Origin: an uncultured bacterium
GTDB lineage: Bacteria > CSSED10-310
Direction of reading: 5' to 3'
DNA length: 64,000 bases
NCBI GenBank assembly: GCA_964512995.1
Contig: CAZELM010000002.1
Coordinates: forward strand, 112,314-176,313
In this document: positions 9,269-19,533 of the stretch, piece by piece
Numbering within the stretch: the stretch's first letter is position 1
Layout of the letters: each line of letters begins with the position of its first letter
Notes under the pieces: generated by a model
The model's input: only the letters and a program-made list of their open reading frames with translations
Databases searched by the model: none
What the model was told of the DNA's origin: nothing
Made by a program: the position numbers and the translations under genes

Positions 9269-11655
9269 TTCCCGCTGTGGCGGTACAGATAGCCCGGTTT
9301 TCCATCCGCTTCTTTTACATCAATCAGTTTCTCCAGAAATGTATTGAATTTATCGAAATCGCCACTGGGATACTGATCATGTTCCAACTTGCCGACATAG
9401 ACATAATCGACCTGATATTTATCGAGTAACCGCTTGACTGCATCGATATCCGAGCTTGTATAGATTTCTTTTACATCCTGGACTCTCTCATTCACTTTCT
9501 GCCAAGTTCCATCTCTCCAGATATTTTCATGATTCGCCCATCCGAGGATGGTGCTGAGTCCGGTAGCAGCGGAGATCCGTCCGTAGTGGGAGAATGCAGG
9601 GCCAGTCGCTTCCACAACAACGTCTTCTTTCGGGTTGGCGTGTTCGCGCAAATAGCGAATGGCTTCATAATCTCCTTTATGTTGCCAGGACATGTAATAG
9701 GTTCCGTCCATTGTTATGGCACTCCAGGGATTATCTCCCTTGAATCCCGCAAAATGATTACACTTGACCGCAGTCCCGAAAATCGGGAATGCCAGTGTAC
9801 ATACAAATAACAGACGAAAAGCAGGCTCCCAAAGTAATGAAATGGTTTTAACAGTCCGCTCACGAATCCAGTACACAGCATACGCGGATGCAATCCCGCA
9901 AAAAATCCATGCCTGATAATAAAATTTGAAGATGGTATTCTGACGTTCCAGTGATTTCCCATAGGCATCTTTGATATAGAAAAATTCGCAACCCAGGAGA
10001 ATCGCCAGGACAACCAAAAACAAAGCCAATGCAAAAAATTTTTCCCTGATAAATTCATCTGACAGCTTCAGAGGAATCTGAAGTATCAAAATGACCAGCA
10101 GGATGCATAAGGCGATCATAAATCGTTCAAACAGAATAAAACAGAAGATGAACATGCTCAAATATCCGAACAGAACAATCGGTTGAATACGTGTCGGCAA
10201 TGTTTTGTACTTTGGATACAACAGCACACCGATGAATGACATCATGCAAAAAAATGGAAAACCATAGATCGTCAGGAAATCACCCGCCAATGTCCATTGA
10301 ACGCTTGAAACGACACAAACATCTTTTACGCCTGCCGGATGAAAATTGAGAGTATATGGCAGGAACAAGATGATTGCGAGAGCGATTACCATGCCAGCAG
10401 CCACCCACGACTGCAGCATCGGATACCATAACGGCCGTGAAATCAGGGGATCTGATTCCGATGTCTTCCGCTTCCAGAAACTGGCTATGATTTCTGTAAT
10501 GGGAGAGACAACCCATTTACCGATCGAAATGGGTTCATCGGATGGTATTTTCTGTGTGTTCTGGAGACGGAGAAAAAATTGCCGTCCCAATACCAGGCCT
10601 GCCACCATCAGAGACATATAGGTTGGAGTATCCCATGTGTTCGCTGCCGGAATCGCTCCCAGTGCGATCGCTGCAATCACGAGACGGAAAACCTTTTCCC
10701 TTCCTTTACCCAGTAACGTAAAACCATCTCCAGATAATCGGAAAAACTCCAGAATAACAGCCAGCACCAGCAGGGAAAATGGCACGACGTTCATATGAGC
10801 ATGAAGATCCCCGAGAATGTAGCTCCAAAATGGGAATTCATTGATCGTGACATCGATTCCTTCCCGGACAATAACCCGGGAACTCATCCACCAATTGAAC
10901 CATGTGAACGGATAAAATTGCTTTTCTCCGGAAAAAATCGCAGGCAGATTGGCAATCAGTTGATTGATACCATCCAGATTGCCGATGAATGCTACAAACA
11001 GACCACCCAGAATTCCATATTTCAACCGGTTAATGAGACCATACGAAATACCGGTTGCCATGATGAGTGTGATCGCAAACAAAAAAGCGACTCCCAGATT
11101 ATAGGTGTATTCCGGAGCCAGTCCGGATAATTTGGTCAGCATTGCGATCTGGTAATGGCCGTAATAAAAATAATTGATCGTTTCACCGACATACCATGGA
11201 TCTTTTGGTGGGAAATATTTGCTGTTCAATATGCCAGTAAGAAATGCGAAATCCGGCATTTTTTCGGTCTGTGAAATATCGGCATTGCACATCCGAATGA
11301 TCCCGAAAAAGATAAACGCACCCAGAAAAAGCAGTTCGGTGGTGATCACGAGCCGTCGGCTGGACATTAAAAATGTTTTAAATGTCGAAAGGGGTTCTGA
11401 TCGAAGCAGAATCCATCCGGAAGCACCCATGATGATCAATGAGGCCAGCACTGACAAGAAAGAAAACGGTAGAATATGGAGGCTGCACAGGAACCAGTTG
11501 ATAAAACAGACCAGTGAAAGCCCTAGTCCCTTGGAAAGGATATAGCCTTTATCCGGGAATGTCCGAAAAAAACGCTGAGACAGAGGCCATGCAGCAAGGC
11601 CGATAACGAGGATGATTACCCACCAAATCATGATATCGATCAATCCGGATACCAT
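9265..11655 (-). CDS. Chlor_Arch_YYY / DUF2298-family polytopic membrane protein (796 aa)
   Basis: Highly hydrophobic, with an INYFYYGHY motif. Its C-terminal soluble region (ATGLSTILGW...YQVDYVYVGKLEHDQYP) is paralogous to the corresponding region of the 1963-aa protein. Confidence 0.7.
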   Translation of the reverse strand: MVSGLIDIMIWWVIILVIGLAAWPLSQRFFRTFPDKGYILSKGLGLSLVCFINWFLCSLHILPFSFLSVLASLIIMGASGWILLRSEPLSTFKTFLMSSRRLVITTELLFLGAFIFFGIIRMCNADISQTEKMPDFAFLTGILNSKYFPPKDPWYVGETINYFYYGHYQIAMLTKLSGLAPEYTYNLGVAFLFAITLIMATGISYGLINRLKYGILGGLFVAFIGNLDGINQLIANLPAIFSGEKQFYPFTWFNWWMSSRVIVREGIDVTINEFPFWSYILGDLHAHMNVVPFSLLVLAVILEFFRLSGDGFTLLGKGREKVFRLVIAAIALGAIPAANTWDTPTYMSLMVAGLVLGRQFFLRLQNTQKIPSDEPISIGKWVVSPITEIIASFWKRKTSESDPLISRPLWYPMLQSWVAAGMVIALAIILFLPYTLNFHPAGVKDVCVVSSVQWTLAGDFLTIYGFPFFCMMSFIGVLLYPKYKTLPTRIQPIVLFGYLSMFIFCFILFERFMIALCILLVILILQIPLKLSDEFIREKFFALALFLVVLAILLGCEFFYIKDAYGKSLERQNTIFKFYYQAWIFCGIASAYAVYWIRERTVKTISLLWEPAFRLLFVCTLAFPIFGTAVKCNHFAGFKGDNPWSAITMDGTYYMSWQHKGDYEAIRYLREHANPKEDVVVEATGPAFSHYGRISAATGLSTILGWANHENIWRDGTWQKVNERVQDVKEIYTSSDIDAVKRLLDKYQVDYVYVGKLEHDQYPSGDFDKFNTFLEKLIDVKEADGKPGYLYRHSGK

Positions 11656-11740
11656 CTATAACCCTCCATAAATGAAACTCCGACCCTAATGATCATTCGC
11701 CTGTATGCATTCATGCTTCTTTCTGCCAGGCAGGAGCAGG

Positions 11741-14719
11741 CTACAGAATGTCCTTAGTGAATATTTGTACCCGGTTGTTCTGAGATTCTGTAATATAAAC
11801 CCGATCCGGTCCGATCGCAATTCCCAAAGGTTGACCGAATTCGCCGTTTGCCGTGCCCTGTTTCCCCCAGAATGATTTGAATGTTCCATCCAATCCAAAA
11901 ATCTGAATACGATTGCTTTGCGAATCGGTCAGATAGAGCAGTTCAGACTGAGCATCGATTGCTGCATATGGTTCGGTGTAGTAATAGTCCCAACCGAATA
12001 CCTGGAAGGTATTCACCTGATGACCGTCTTTATCATAGACCACTACACGTTGATTTGCTGTATCCGCTACGAAAAGCCTTCCGAGGTTATCAATCGCCAG
12101 TCCAACCGGTTCCGCAAACTGATTCACACCATCTCCCTTTGTTCCCACAGACCATTGTTCCGCCCCATTTCGATTGAATTTCTGGATCCGGTGGTATCCT
12201 GTGTTGACGACATAGATAAAGCCATCTTTATCGACAACCACTTTTTTCGGTGCCCAGAACAGATTGGAATCACCGAATTTCATCTTAAAGTTGCCATTGG
12301 TATCGAATTTTTGAATGCGATGATTCCAGGTGTCCGCGATATAGACCTCTCCCCGGGAATCCACAAAAATACCTGTCGGCTGATCGAACTGACCGTCTTC
12401 TTTTCCATTCTTGCCCCAGGCGAGGAGGAATTTTCCGGTCGGATCAAATTTCTGAATGCGATGGTTTTTGTTATCCACAACATACACATTCCCCTCAGTA
12501 TCGACAGCAATATCTTTCGGAGAATTGAATTTGCCATCGGTACTGCCAAACCCACCGATTTCCAGGATATTCTGCTTGGTGACGGATTGGGATGTCGGGG
12601 ATTCCTTCCGTTTTGGCGCTTCAGGGGGTTGTCCGATATCGACACTATACTGGAATTTGGCGGCATCCTTCCGAACGAACATACAGATCTCCTGAGATCC
12701 ATATAACTGAGGTTCAAAACGTTCCCGCAATACCACCCATCTGAATGCGTTCCTCCAGGGGTTTCCCTTCATCAAATCCTGGCGTTTGGGCAGATACCAT
12801 GCTCGCAACCCATACCGTCGGGCGACATATTTATCAGCGAGTTTTTCTGAAAATTTATGCCGGTCTTCCCAATTACAGATCACAATGAGATGTCGTTCGG
12901 TATCGACATTCTGGCCGTAGCTTACTCCCGTCCAGTCCCTGAGATACCAATAGAACGGCCATGTTGCATGTCCAGTAATCACCATCGGGAGTTTGGTTCC
13001 TTCTCCAGTCCAGAAACCGAGATCTTCCATCTCCTTGATCATCTTGGGAACATCATAGGTCGTCTGCACGTAGACAAGCTGTTCTGTTGGATCAGCTTCA
13101 TGATACCAGCACAATTGAATGGATGTATGGAGACAATACGCGATCATCAACCCAAACAGATTCATAACAACCAGTCTGGCCCATTTGAAGTTTGATTTCT
13201 TGTTCTGAAAGACTTCGACCAGTTGAATGGCCGCAAAAAAGATCATCGGTGTCAGAATATGCATCACCAGCCAGGGAACTTTCTCCTGGAGATATGAATA
13301 GATGAGATAAGCCAACATCGACCACCAGATCAGAAATCCTTTGAGATAGGCTTTTTCCTTCAGATAATCCAGGACGATAATGATTCCGGCAACCAGAACA
13401 CCCAGTGCAATGATCAGATGGCCATTCGTGAACAGATCTTTTTTCGTGACATGCGCAATGGGTGCCATTTTAAACTCAAAGATGCTGTATGCCACTGCAA
13501 AAAAGATAACATAGCCGGCCGAAAAAACAGCAGTGCGACGTGCTCCACGAATTATCACACTGACCAGCGTGACAACAGCAGGAATGAATCCGTAGATCAG
13601 CATCAGATGATGGTAATAATGAAATGGTCCTGCGATTCGTGCAATACTGTGCTGGTGAAGCCAATAGGTATACCATTCATACATCCCACCCCAGAATCCT
13701 TTGAGGTTTGTGAAAAGAGTGGTGTATAAAAGAACGAAAATTCCAATGAATATGAACATGCTCACTGCAAAAACATGGCTGTCAAGAAAAAATGACGGAT
13801 TCAATCCCCAGATTTTGGATTTTACATCATTGGATCGAACTCTCTCCCCCAGATAGACCATATAGAAAATCAAAACAAAGGCGAATGCATAAACAGCGAT
13901 CCAATACGTATGAACGACTGCATCCCAGTTATCCACTCTTGATTTTAAAAACTGATTTCCAAGTGCATATAAAATGAAGCTGATCCCCCAGATCGAAATG
14001 AATACCATGACTTTTGCAGGCAACGAATACTCCTCGATCACCTGAACAATTGCTCGGAATCCACCCCTCCGTCCATCCGTCTTTTCAAAAGCTTTAACCA
14101 GTGTGAACAGAAGACCGAACGAAAAGATGATGAATGCCTGCACAAACGCATTTTCTTTAGTACATACCAACATCGATAATGATGCAGAAGCCCAGTATAT
14201 CTGCCAAGGTTTCCGGTCGATAAACCACAAATAAACAAAAAATACAAGTAGAATAGCCCACATCGTAAAGAATGGATCTTCACGCATGAATCGTTGAAAA
14301 TACATAAAAACCGGATTAATGGCACATAGCCATCCTGCCATCAGAGCGACATCCTTCGGCAGCCACTTCCGTATGAAAAACAAAAATAATGTAATGACAA
14401 TGCCCGTTAATGCAGGCAGGATTCGTACGGAGTAGTTGGAAACACCAAACAGAAATAACGTGAGCTGAGAAAAGTGGAACATGAATGGTCCATGTTGCAT
14501 GGGATCATATTGATAGCCCTGCCCGACATGAAAATTCCATATATATTTTGAATAAAGGCTTTCATCATGATGGAACGGCTTATCACCGAGATGGTGGAAT
14601 CGTGTGATCAAGATAAAAATGAATAACCCCAGCCATAGCCATGTTCTGAAATCGATTCTAAACATCAATCCATTGGAAGACGTATCCTTCTCGGCTGCAA
14701 CCTTTACGTTATTGCCCAT
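11741..14719 (-). CDS. ArnT/PMT-like GT-C membrane glycosyltransferase-like protein (992 aa) with a C-terminal NHL beta-propeller
   Basis: An RFHHLGDKPFHHDESLYSKY first-loop motif follows TM1, with about 13 TM helices. The C-terminal ~290 aa carries six NHL blades (NHRIQKFDPTGKFLLAWGKNGKEDGQFDQPTGIFVD...). It is the first gene of the operon. Confidence 0.65.
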   Translation of the reverse strand: MGNNVKVAAEKDTSSNGLMFRIDFRTWLWLGLFIFILITRFHHLGDKPFHHDESLYSKYIWNFHVGQGYQYDPMQHGPFMFHFSQLTLFLFGVSNYSVRILPALTGIVITLFLFFIRKWLPKDVALMAGWLCAINPVFMYFQRFMREDPFFTMWAILLVFFVYLWFIDRKPWQIYWASASLSMLVCTKENAFVQAFIIFSFGLLFTLVKAFEKTDGRRGGFRAIVQVIEEYSLPAKVMVFISIWGISFILYALGNQFLKSRVDNWDAVVHTYWIAVYAFAFVLIFYMVYLGERVRSNDVKSKIWGLNPSFFLDSHVFAVSMFIFIGIFVLLYTTLFTNLKGFWGGMYEWYTYWLHQHSIARIAGPFHYYHHLMLIYGFIPAVVTLVSVIIRGARRTAVFSAGYVIFFAVAYSIFEFKMAPIAHVTKKDLFTNGHLIIALGVLVAGIIIVLDYLKEKAYLKGFLIWWSMLAYLIYSYLQEKVPWLVMHILTPMIFFAAIQLVEVFQNKKSNFKWARLVVMNLFGLMIAYCLHTSIQLCWYHEADPTEQLVYVQTTYDVPKMIKEMEDLGFWTGEGTKLPMVITGHATWPFYWYLRDWTGVSYGQNVDTERHLIVICNWEDRHKFSEKLADKYVARRYGLRAWYLPKRQDLMKGNPWRNAFRWVVLRERFEPQLYGSQEICMFVRKDAAKFQYSVDIGQPPEAPKRKESPTSQSVTKQNILEIGGFGSTDGKFNSPKDIAVDTEGNVYVVDNKNHRIQKFDPTGKFLLAWGKNGKEDGQFDQPTGIFVDSRGEVYIADTWNHRIQKFDTNGNFKMKFGDSNLFWAPKKVVVDKDGFIYVVNTGYHRIQKFNRNGAEQWSVGTKGDGVNQFAEPVGLAIDNLGRLFVADTANQRVVVYDKDGHQVNTFQVFGWDYYYTEPYAAIDAQSELLYLTDSQSNRIQIFGLDGTFKSFWGKQGTANGEFGQPLGIAIGPDRVYITESQNNRVQIFTKDIL

Positions 14720-15050
14720 CTTCTTCAGCTCCTCGTTTCAATGTTTGATTTTATTGAAAATACTATGGAATATCTTTTAAATAAACAACCTTCCTCTTAC
14801 CACTGAAACAATCTGGTTGTCAAGTCAGGCTGGATGGACATTGTGGGATTCATTTATAAATGGAATAATTCTTGAATACTAAAGATAATCTCATCTAGTA
14901 TAATTTTGTTCAGGATGAACTTGGCGTATTATCAAAGTTCAATCGAAAGTGAGGTGATGATCCGATAAACGACAGATGTTTATCATCTGGAACCACCATC
15001 CTTCTCTGCTATCCGGAAAATCATCTTTTTTTCACTAAGGAGTCGACGGT
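14720..15050. promoter_or_regulatory. AT-rich divergent intergenic region between the GT-C operon (minus) and folD (plus). The folD RBS AAGGAG lies at 15037-15042.
   Basis: The region is ~330 bp, AT-rich and non-coding. A Shine-Dalgarno sequence sits 8 nt upstream of the folD ATG. Confidence 0.35.
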
Positions 15051-15977
15051 ATGAGATCTAACATGATGGATGGAAAAGAAATCTCCCGTAATCTGCTGGA
15101 TCAGCTCAAAACGGAGATTACCGAATTCGAGAGTATCAACCAGCGAGCTCCGATGCTGGTTGTGATCCAGATCGGGCATGATCCGGCATCGGATTCCTAC
15201 ATTCGAAACAAGGAACGAGCTTGCCACAAAGTTGGTTTCCATTTCAACACACTGAAACTACCTGACACGGTTCCGCGGGACGAACTGATCTCGATCATTG
15301 ATCGGTTGAATCACGATGACGGCTGTGATGGAATCCTCGTTCAACTCCCACTTCCCTCTCATCTGGACAAGGATGAGATCATTTATCGGATCGCTCCAGA
15401 TAAAGATGTTGATGGATTTCATCCGGAAAACATCGGGAAACTGTGGATGGGAACTGCACCGATCGCGCCATGTACTCCCTCAGGGATCATCCAGCTTCTC
15501 GATGCCTATCAGATCGATGTTCAGTCAAAACATGTTGTGATTGTCGGACGGAGCAATATTGTCGGGAAACCTCTGGCCGCACTTCTCTTAGCTCGCCATG
15601 CCACAATCACCATTGCCCATTCCAGGACGAAATGCCTCTCCGATATCTGTCAGGAAGCGGATATTCTGGTCGCAGCAATCGGAAAACCAGGCATGATCAA
15701 TGCCGATTACATCCGGCCAGGAGCCATTGTTATTGATGTCGGGATTAATGCTGTCAGCCGTGAATCAGCAAAAGAACAATGGTTAAGCCCATCTTCCCCG
15801 GTCGCTCAGAGTTTTATCGATAAAGGAAGCGCATTGATCGGCGATGTCGATCCGGTGGATGTCGCGGAACGAGCGTCCCTGTTCACTCCGGTTCCAGGAG
15901 GAGTCGGACCAATGACCGTGGCCATGCTTCTGAAAAATACACTGGTCCTGGCTGCACACAGATTGAAAAAACCGTAA
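15051..15977 (+). CDS. folD: Bifunctional methylenetetrahydrofolate dehydrogenase/cyclohydrolase
   Basis: Typical FolD sequence (PASDSYIRNKERACHKVG, GRSNIVGKPLAALL, PVPGGVGPMTVAMLL). Confidence 0.9.
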   Translation: MRSNMMDGKEISRNLLDQLKTEITEFESINQRAPMLVVIQIGHDPASDSYIRNKERACHKVGFHFNTLKLPDTVPRDELISIIDRLNHDDGCDGILVQLPLPSHLDKDEIIYRIAPDKDVDGFHPENIGKLWMGTAPIAPCTPSGIIQLLDAYQIDVQSKHVVIVGRSNIVGKPLAALLLARHATITIAHSRTKCLSDICQEADILVAAIGKPGMINADYIRPGAIVIDVGINAVSRESAKEQWLSPSSPVAQSFIDKGSALIGDVDPVDVAERASLFTPVPGGVGPMTVAMLLKNTLVLAAHRLKKP

Positions 15978-16075
15978 GGCCATCCGAGTTCGATGCCACT
16001 CATCTTCAATCATAACAGATCCGGAATTCCGAATATCAGATGATCGGAACCTGAGTGGTATCATTTCCGGAAAAA

Positions 16076-16678
16076 TTAATCGGCATTTTGCGATGACTGA
16101 ATGATCGATAATATTTGATCCCATGCATCTGTGCGTCCGATATTCGACAATGCGGAATATATGATGACGCTATCATTCTCAGATAAAGCCAATGCTTCAA
16201 TGATGTTCCGCCGGTTCCGAATCTGATTATTCCGGCTGACTTTATCTGCCTTGACCACAAGTGTTGCTCCAAGGATTCCGCACTGTCTCAACCAGTGAGA
16301 TACTTTGACATCCAGGACGGTTGGGGGATGACGAATATCGATGAGCTGGAAGACTGAAGCCAATGTTTTTCTCGAATCGAAGTAGCTGGCAATCGCCTTC
16401 CGCCATGTTTCGCTGACCATCTCAGGCAATTTGGTATACCCATACCCCGGGAGATCCACGAGCGTCACGAACTCATTGATCGTATAAAAATTTAGAAGCC
16501 GTGTTTTGCCGGGAGTAGAACTGGTTCGCGCCAACATTTTCCGGGCAGTCAGATGATTGATCAGTGTCGATTTACCAACATTGGATCTCCCCACAAAGGC
16601 GATCTCCGGAAGAACACCTGGAGGGTATTCTTCGGGTGTAAATGCACTCTTCACAAAAACAGCGCTTGTGATTTTCAT
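16076..16678 (-). CDS. engB: Ribosome-biogenesis GTPase YihA/EngB
   Basis: G1 motif GRSNVGKSTLIN and the YihA family layout, about 200 aa. Confidence 0.85.
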   Translation of the reverse strand: MKITSAVFVKSAFTPEEYPPGVLPEIAFVGRSNVGKSTLINHLTARKMLARTSSTPGKTRLLNFYTINEFVTLVDLPGYGYTKLPEMVSETWRKAIASYFDSRKTLASVFQLIDIRHPPTVLDVKVSHWLRQCGILGATLVVKADKVSRNNQIRNRRNIIEALALSENDSVIIYSALSNIGRTDAWDQILSIIQSSQNAD

Positions 16679-16759
16679 ATTATATTCAGCGTGGTATCGA
16701 AGCGATGATATTTGAACTCGATTCGAAAGTATCTGCCTGGATATGATCGTATTGGAGCG

Positions 16760-17347
16760 TTATTTCGACTTGGAAACAAGAACTTCATCAATCACGCCAT
16801 AGGCAATCGCCTCTTCGGGACCAAGAAAAAAATCACGGTCCGTGTCCTGAGCAATTCTTTCAAGGGGCTGGCCGGTGTGATAAGCTAAAATTCGGTTGAT
16901 TTCCTGTTTAATCCGCAATATTTCACGTGCTTGAATGTCGATATCCGATGCCTGGCCCTGAAATCCACCCCACGGCTGATGAAGCATGATTCGGGCGTTT
17001 CGCAGAGCAAAACGTTTTCCCTTTTTCCCCGCTGCCAACAGAACCGCTGCAGCGCTGTCTGCGTGGCCGACACAAATGGTGGACACATCTGGTTTTATAT
17101 ATTGCATCGTGTCATAGATAGCCATTGCCGACGTAACCGCTCCACCCGGAGAATTGATATAAAGATGAATATCTTTTTCCGGCTCTTCTGCTTCGAGATA
17201 AAGCATCTGAGCAATCACCAGATTGGCGACCTGATCATCGATGGGGGTGCCGATGAACAGGATATTTTCTTTCAAAAGCCGAGAAAAAATATCATATGCT
17301 CTTTCCCCACGACTCGTCTGTTCGACTACTATCGGTATTAAACTCAT
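16760..17347 (-). CDS. clpP: ATP-dependent Clp protease proteolytic subunit
   Basis: [32 protein letters not shown]...INSPGG, the catalytic Ser context, and the tig-clpP arrangement. Confidence 0.9.
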   Translation of the reverse strand: MSLIPIVVEQTSRGERAYDIFSRLLKENILFIGTPIDDQVANLVIAQMLYLEAEEPEKDIHLYINSPGGAVTSAMAIYDTMQYIKPDVSTICVGHADSAAAVLLAAGKKGKRFALRNARIMLHQPWGGFQGQASDIDIQAREILRIKQEINRILAYHTGQPLERIAQDTDRDFFLGPEEAIAYGVIDEVLVSKSK

Positions 17348-17522
17348 AAATTATGTTCCTCATTTACGATGAGTTACAGCAAAAATCCCGTCGCTGCATT
17401 CATGCATCGATCGGGAATAATGTTACAACAGAGTATCGATTCCTGTCAGATAAATCACTGATCATTCTCTTTGAAAATCGGTATCGCTGGAATGACACAA
17501 AAGCGATAAATACATACGAATC

Positions 17523-18863
17523 TTATTCAGAGACGGGATTCTGATTCGGGTCAACGGGTACCGGGTCAAGGACATTGATTTTTGCTGTCTGTCGAAGACA
17601 TTGCATCGCTTTTTGTCTGGCAATCTGCTTTCTGACTTCACCGAATATTCGATATTCGTACCATTTATCTTTCAGTTGATCCCGGTCCTCACCGGATTCT
17701 TCAAGCTCTTTCTCAAATTCTGCATCCACTTCTTCTGTCGTAGCTTCGATTCGTTCCAACTCAGCGATCCGGGTTAAAATCATTCTCTCACGCACGATTT
17801 TTTCTGCCGATGGAGTAATCGATATCATCAAATTCTCTCGATGCTGTTTTATTTCTGCTCCGCGACCCGACTCGTCCTCATCTGAGTCCTTCATTGGGCC
17901 GATCCACGAATCCAGCATGATCCGGGCTTCCTCTTTAACCAGCTTTTCCGGTAGATCAAATGGATTGTTTTTCCAGATCTGGTCAAGTATCAATGAGTTT
18001 ATCAGATGCTCCTGCTGGGAATTTTTCGTTCCAAAAATATCTTCTTTTATTTTGAGTTTTAACTGGTCCAGATTTTCCAGTCCTAAATCCTGTGCCAATT
18101 CATCATTGATTTCGGGCAGTACCGGCGTTTTGATTTCAGAGACCAGCAGATTGACAGTGACAGCTTTGCCTTTCAAAGCGCTATAGTACTCATAATCCAT
18201 AGGTATCTGGATCGTCCATTCGGACTCTTTACCGACTTCAGCGCCAATGAACTGATCCTCTATGCCACTTCCCGGGAAAAATTTACCGCTGCCGACATCT
18301 AGCTCTATAGAACGATTGTTCCAGCCAGGCAGAGGGTTGCCATCGGTCATCAATCTCACTTTTCCAAAAACCCGATCGCCTTTCTGGACAGGCCGCTGAT
18401 CAGCAACTTCAAATGTAATATTTCCATCTCTGATCTTAAATAATCCTTCCTGGATCTCATCTTCGGTCACATCGGGTTTTGTAACATTGATTTCAACCCC
18501 TTCATAATTTGAGATGTGAAAATCGGGAATAACCTCAATTGTAAATTCATAAACAAATGGTTCATTTTCGTTCACTTGCCACTCTTTGAATTCCGGATTG
18601 TCCACAGGCTCTATCCCGCTTTGCTCAAGAAAATCCTTATAGGATTCTTCTATCAATTTGCTTCCGACATCGAGCCTGATATCTTTTCCGAATCGCATTC
18701 TGATCACAGAATCAGGAGTTCGACCAGGGCGAAAGCCTTTGATAGCGACTTTCTGACGAAGTTCATCATACATTTCTCTAATTTCCTGGTCCACTTTATC
18801 AACGGGGATTTCAATTCGTACGGTTCGAGTCGTCCTGGATAGTTCGTTAACATCAAACTTCAT
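17523..18863 (-). CDS. tig: Trigger factor
   Basis: GFRPGRTPDSVIRMRFGKDI signature, ~446 aa, located upstream of clpP. Confidence 0.9.
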   Translation of the reverse strand: MKFDVNELSRTTRTVRIEIPVDKVDQEIREMYDELRQKVAIKGFRPGRTPDSVIRMRFGKDIRLDVGSKLIEESYKDFLEQSGIEPVDNPEFKEWQVNENEPFVYEFTIEVIPDFHISNYEGVEINVTKPDVTEDEIQEGLFKIRDGNITFEVADQRPVQKGDRVFGKVRLMTDGNPLPGWNNRSIELDVGSGKFFPGSGIEDQFIGAEVGKESEWTIQIPMDYEYYSALKGKAVTVNLLVSEIKTPVLPEINDELAQDLGLENLDQLKLKIKEDIFGTKNSQQEHLINSLILDQIWKNNPFDLPEKLVKEEARIMLDSWIGPMKDSDEDESGRGAEIKQHRENLMISITPSAEKIVRERMILTRIAELERIEATTEEVDAEFEKELEESGEDRDQLKDKWYEYRIFGEVRKQIARQKAMQCLRQTAKINVLDPVPVDPNQNPVSE

Positions 18864-18942
18864 CTATAAATTCCTTTTGCTATTCGCTTGTTGAGTTGAA
18901 ATTTGGCGTCAATGTTCTGGATGTTCAATCCACTGATAGCAG

Positions 18943-19026
18943 GTGTGCGAGGAGGGGGAGTTGAACCCCCACGTTAAAAACACTGGATCCTAAGTCCAGC
19001 GCGTCTGCCAATTCCGCCATCCTCGC
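18943..19026 (-). tRNA. tRNA-Leu (anticodon TAG), long variable arm
   Basis: Reverse complement reads GCGAGGATGGCGGAATTGGCAGACGCGCTGGACTTAGGATCCAG...GGGGGTTCAACTCCCCCTCCTCGCA. The anticodon loop is CTTAGGA. Confidence 0.8.
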
Positions 19027-19053
19027 TTGAAACGCCGATTCATCATCATCGAT

Positions 19054-19128
<75 letters not shown>

Positions 19129-19181
19129 CGTTCAGGAAATCTGCTTCGCTCGTTTTCTGAAACGGATTCCCTAAAAAATTG

Positions 19182-19256
19182 GGTGAGTGAAGGGATTTGA
19201 ACCCTCGACCTCCTGATCCACAGTCAGGCGCTCTAACCAACTGAGCTACACTCACC
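19182..19256 (-). tRNA. tRNA-His (anticodon GTG) with G-1
   Basis: Reverse complement reads GGTGAGTGTAGCTCAGTTGGTTAGAGCGCCTGACTGTGGATCAGG...GGGTTCAAATCCCTTCACTCACC. The anticodon loop is CTGTGGA, and an extra 5' G is present as expected for His. Confidence 0.8.
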
Positions 19257-19315
19257 ATAATAATCTGAACCTACCGACCTGATATGTGGAATCTAAATTC
19301 CGCATTGAATCTGCT

Positions 19316-19389
<74 letters not shown>

Positions 19390-19421
19390 ATCACCAACAG
19401 GTCGCATCATTATCAATGGGT

Positions 19422-19495
<74 letters not shown>

Positions 19496-19533
19496 ATGCG
19501 TTCCGTATTAAACGGCTGCGCAAGCTTCATCTT

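Noticed and set aside
11918-12706. 262-aa plus-strand ORF inside the 992-aa gene
   Set aside because: It is antisense to the NHL-propeller coding region, which has clear repeat conservation, so it is spurious.
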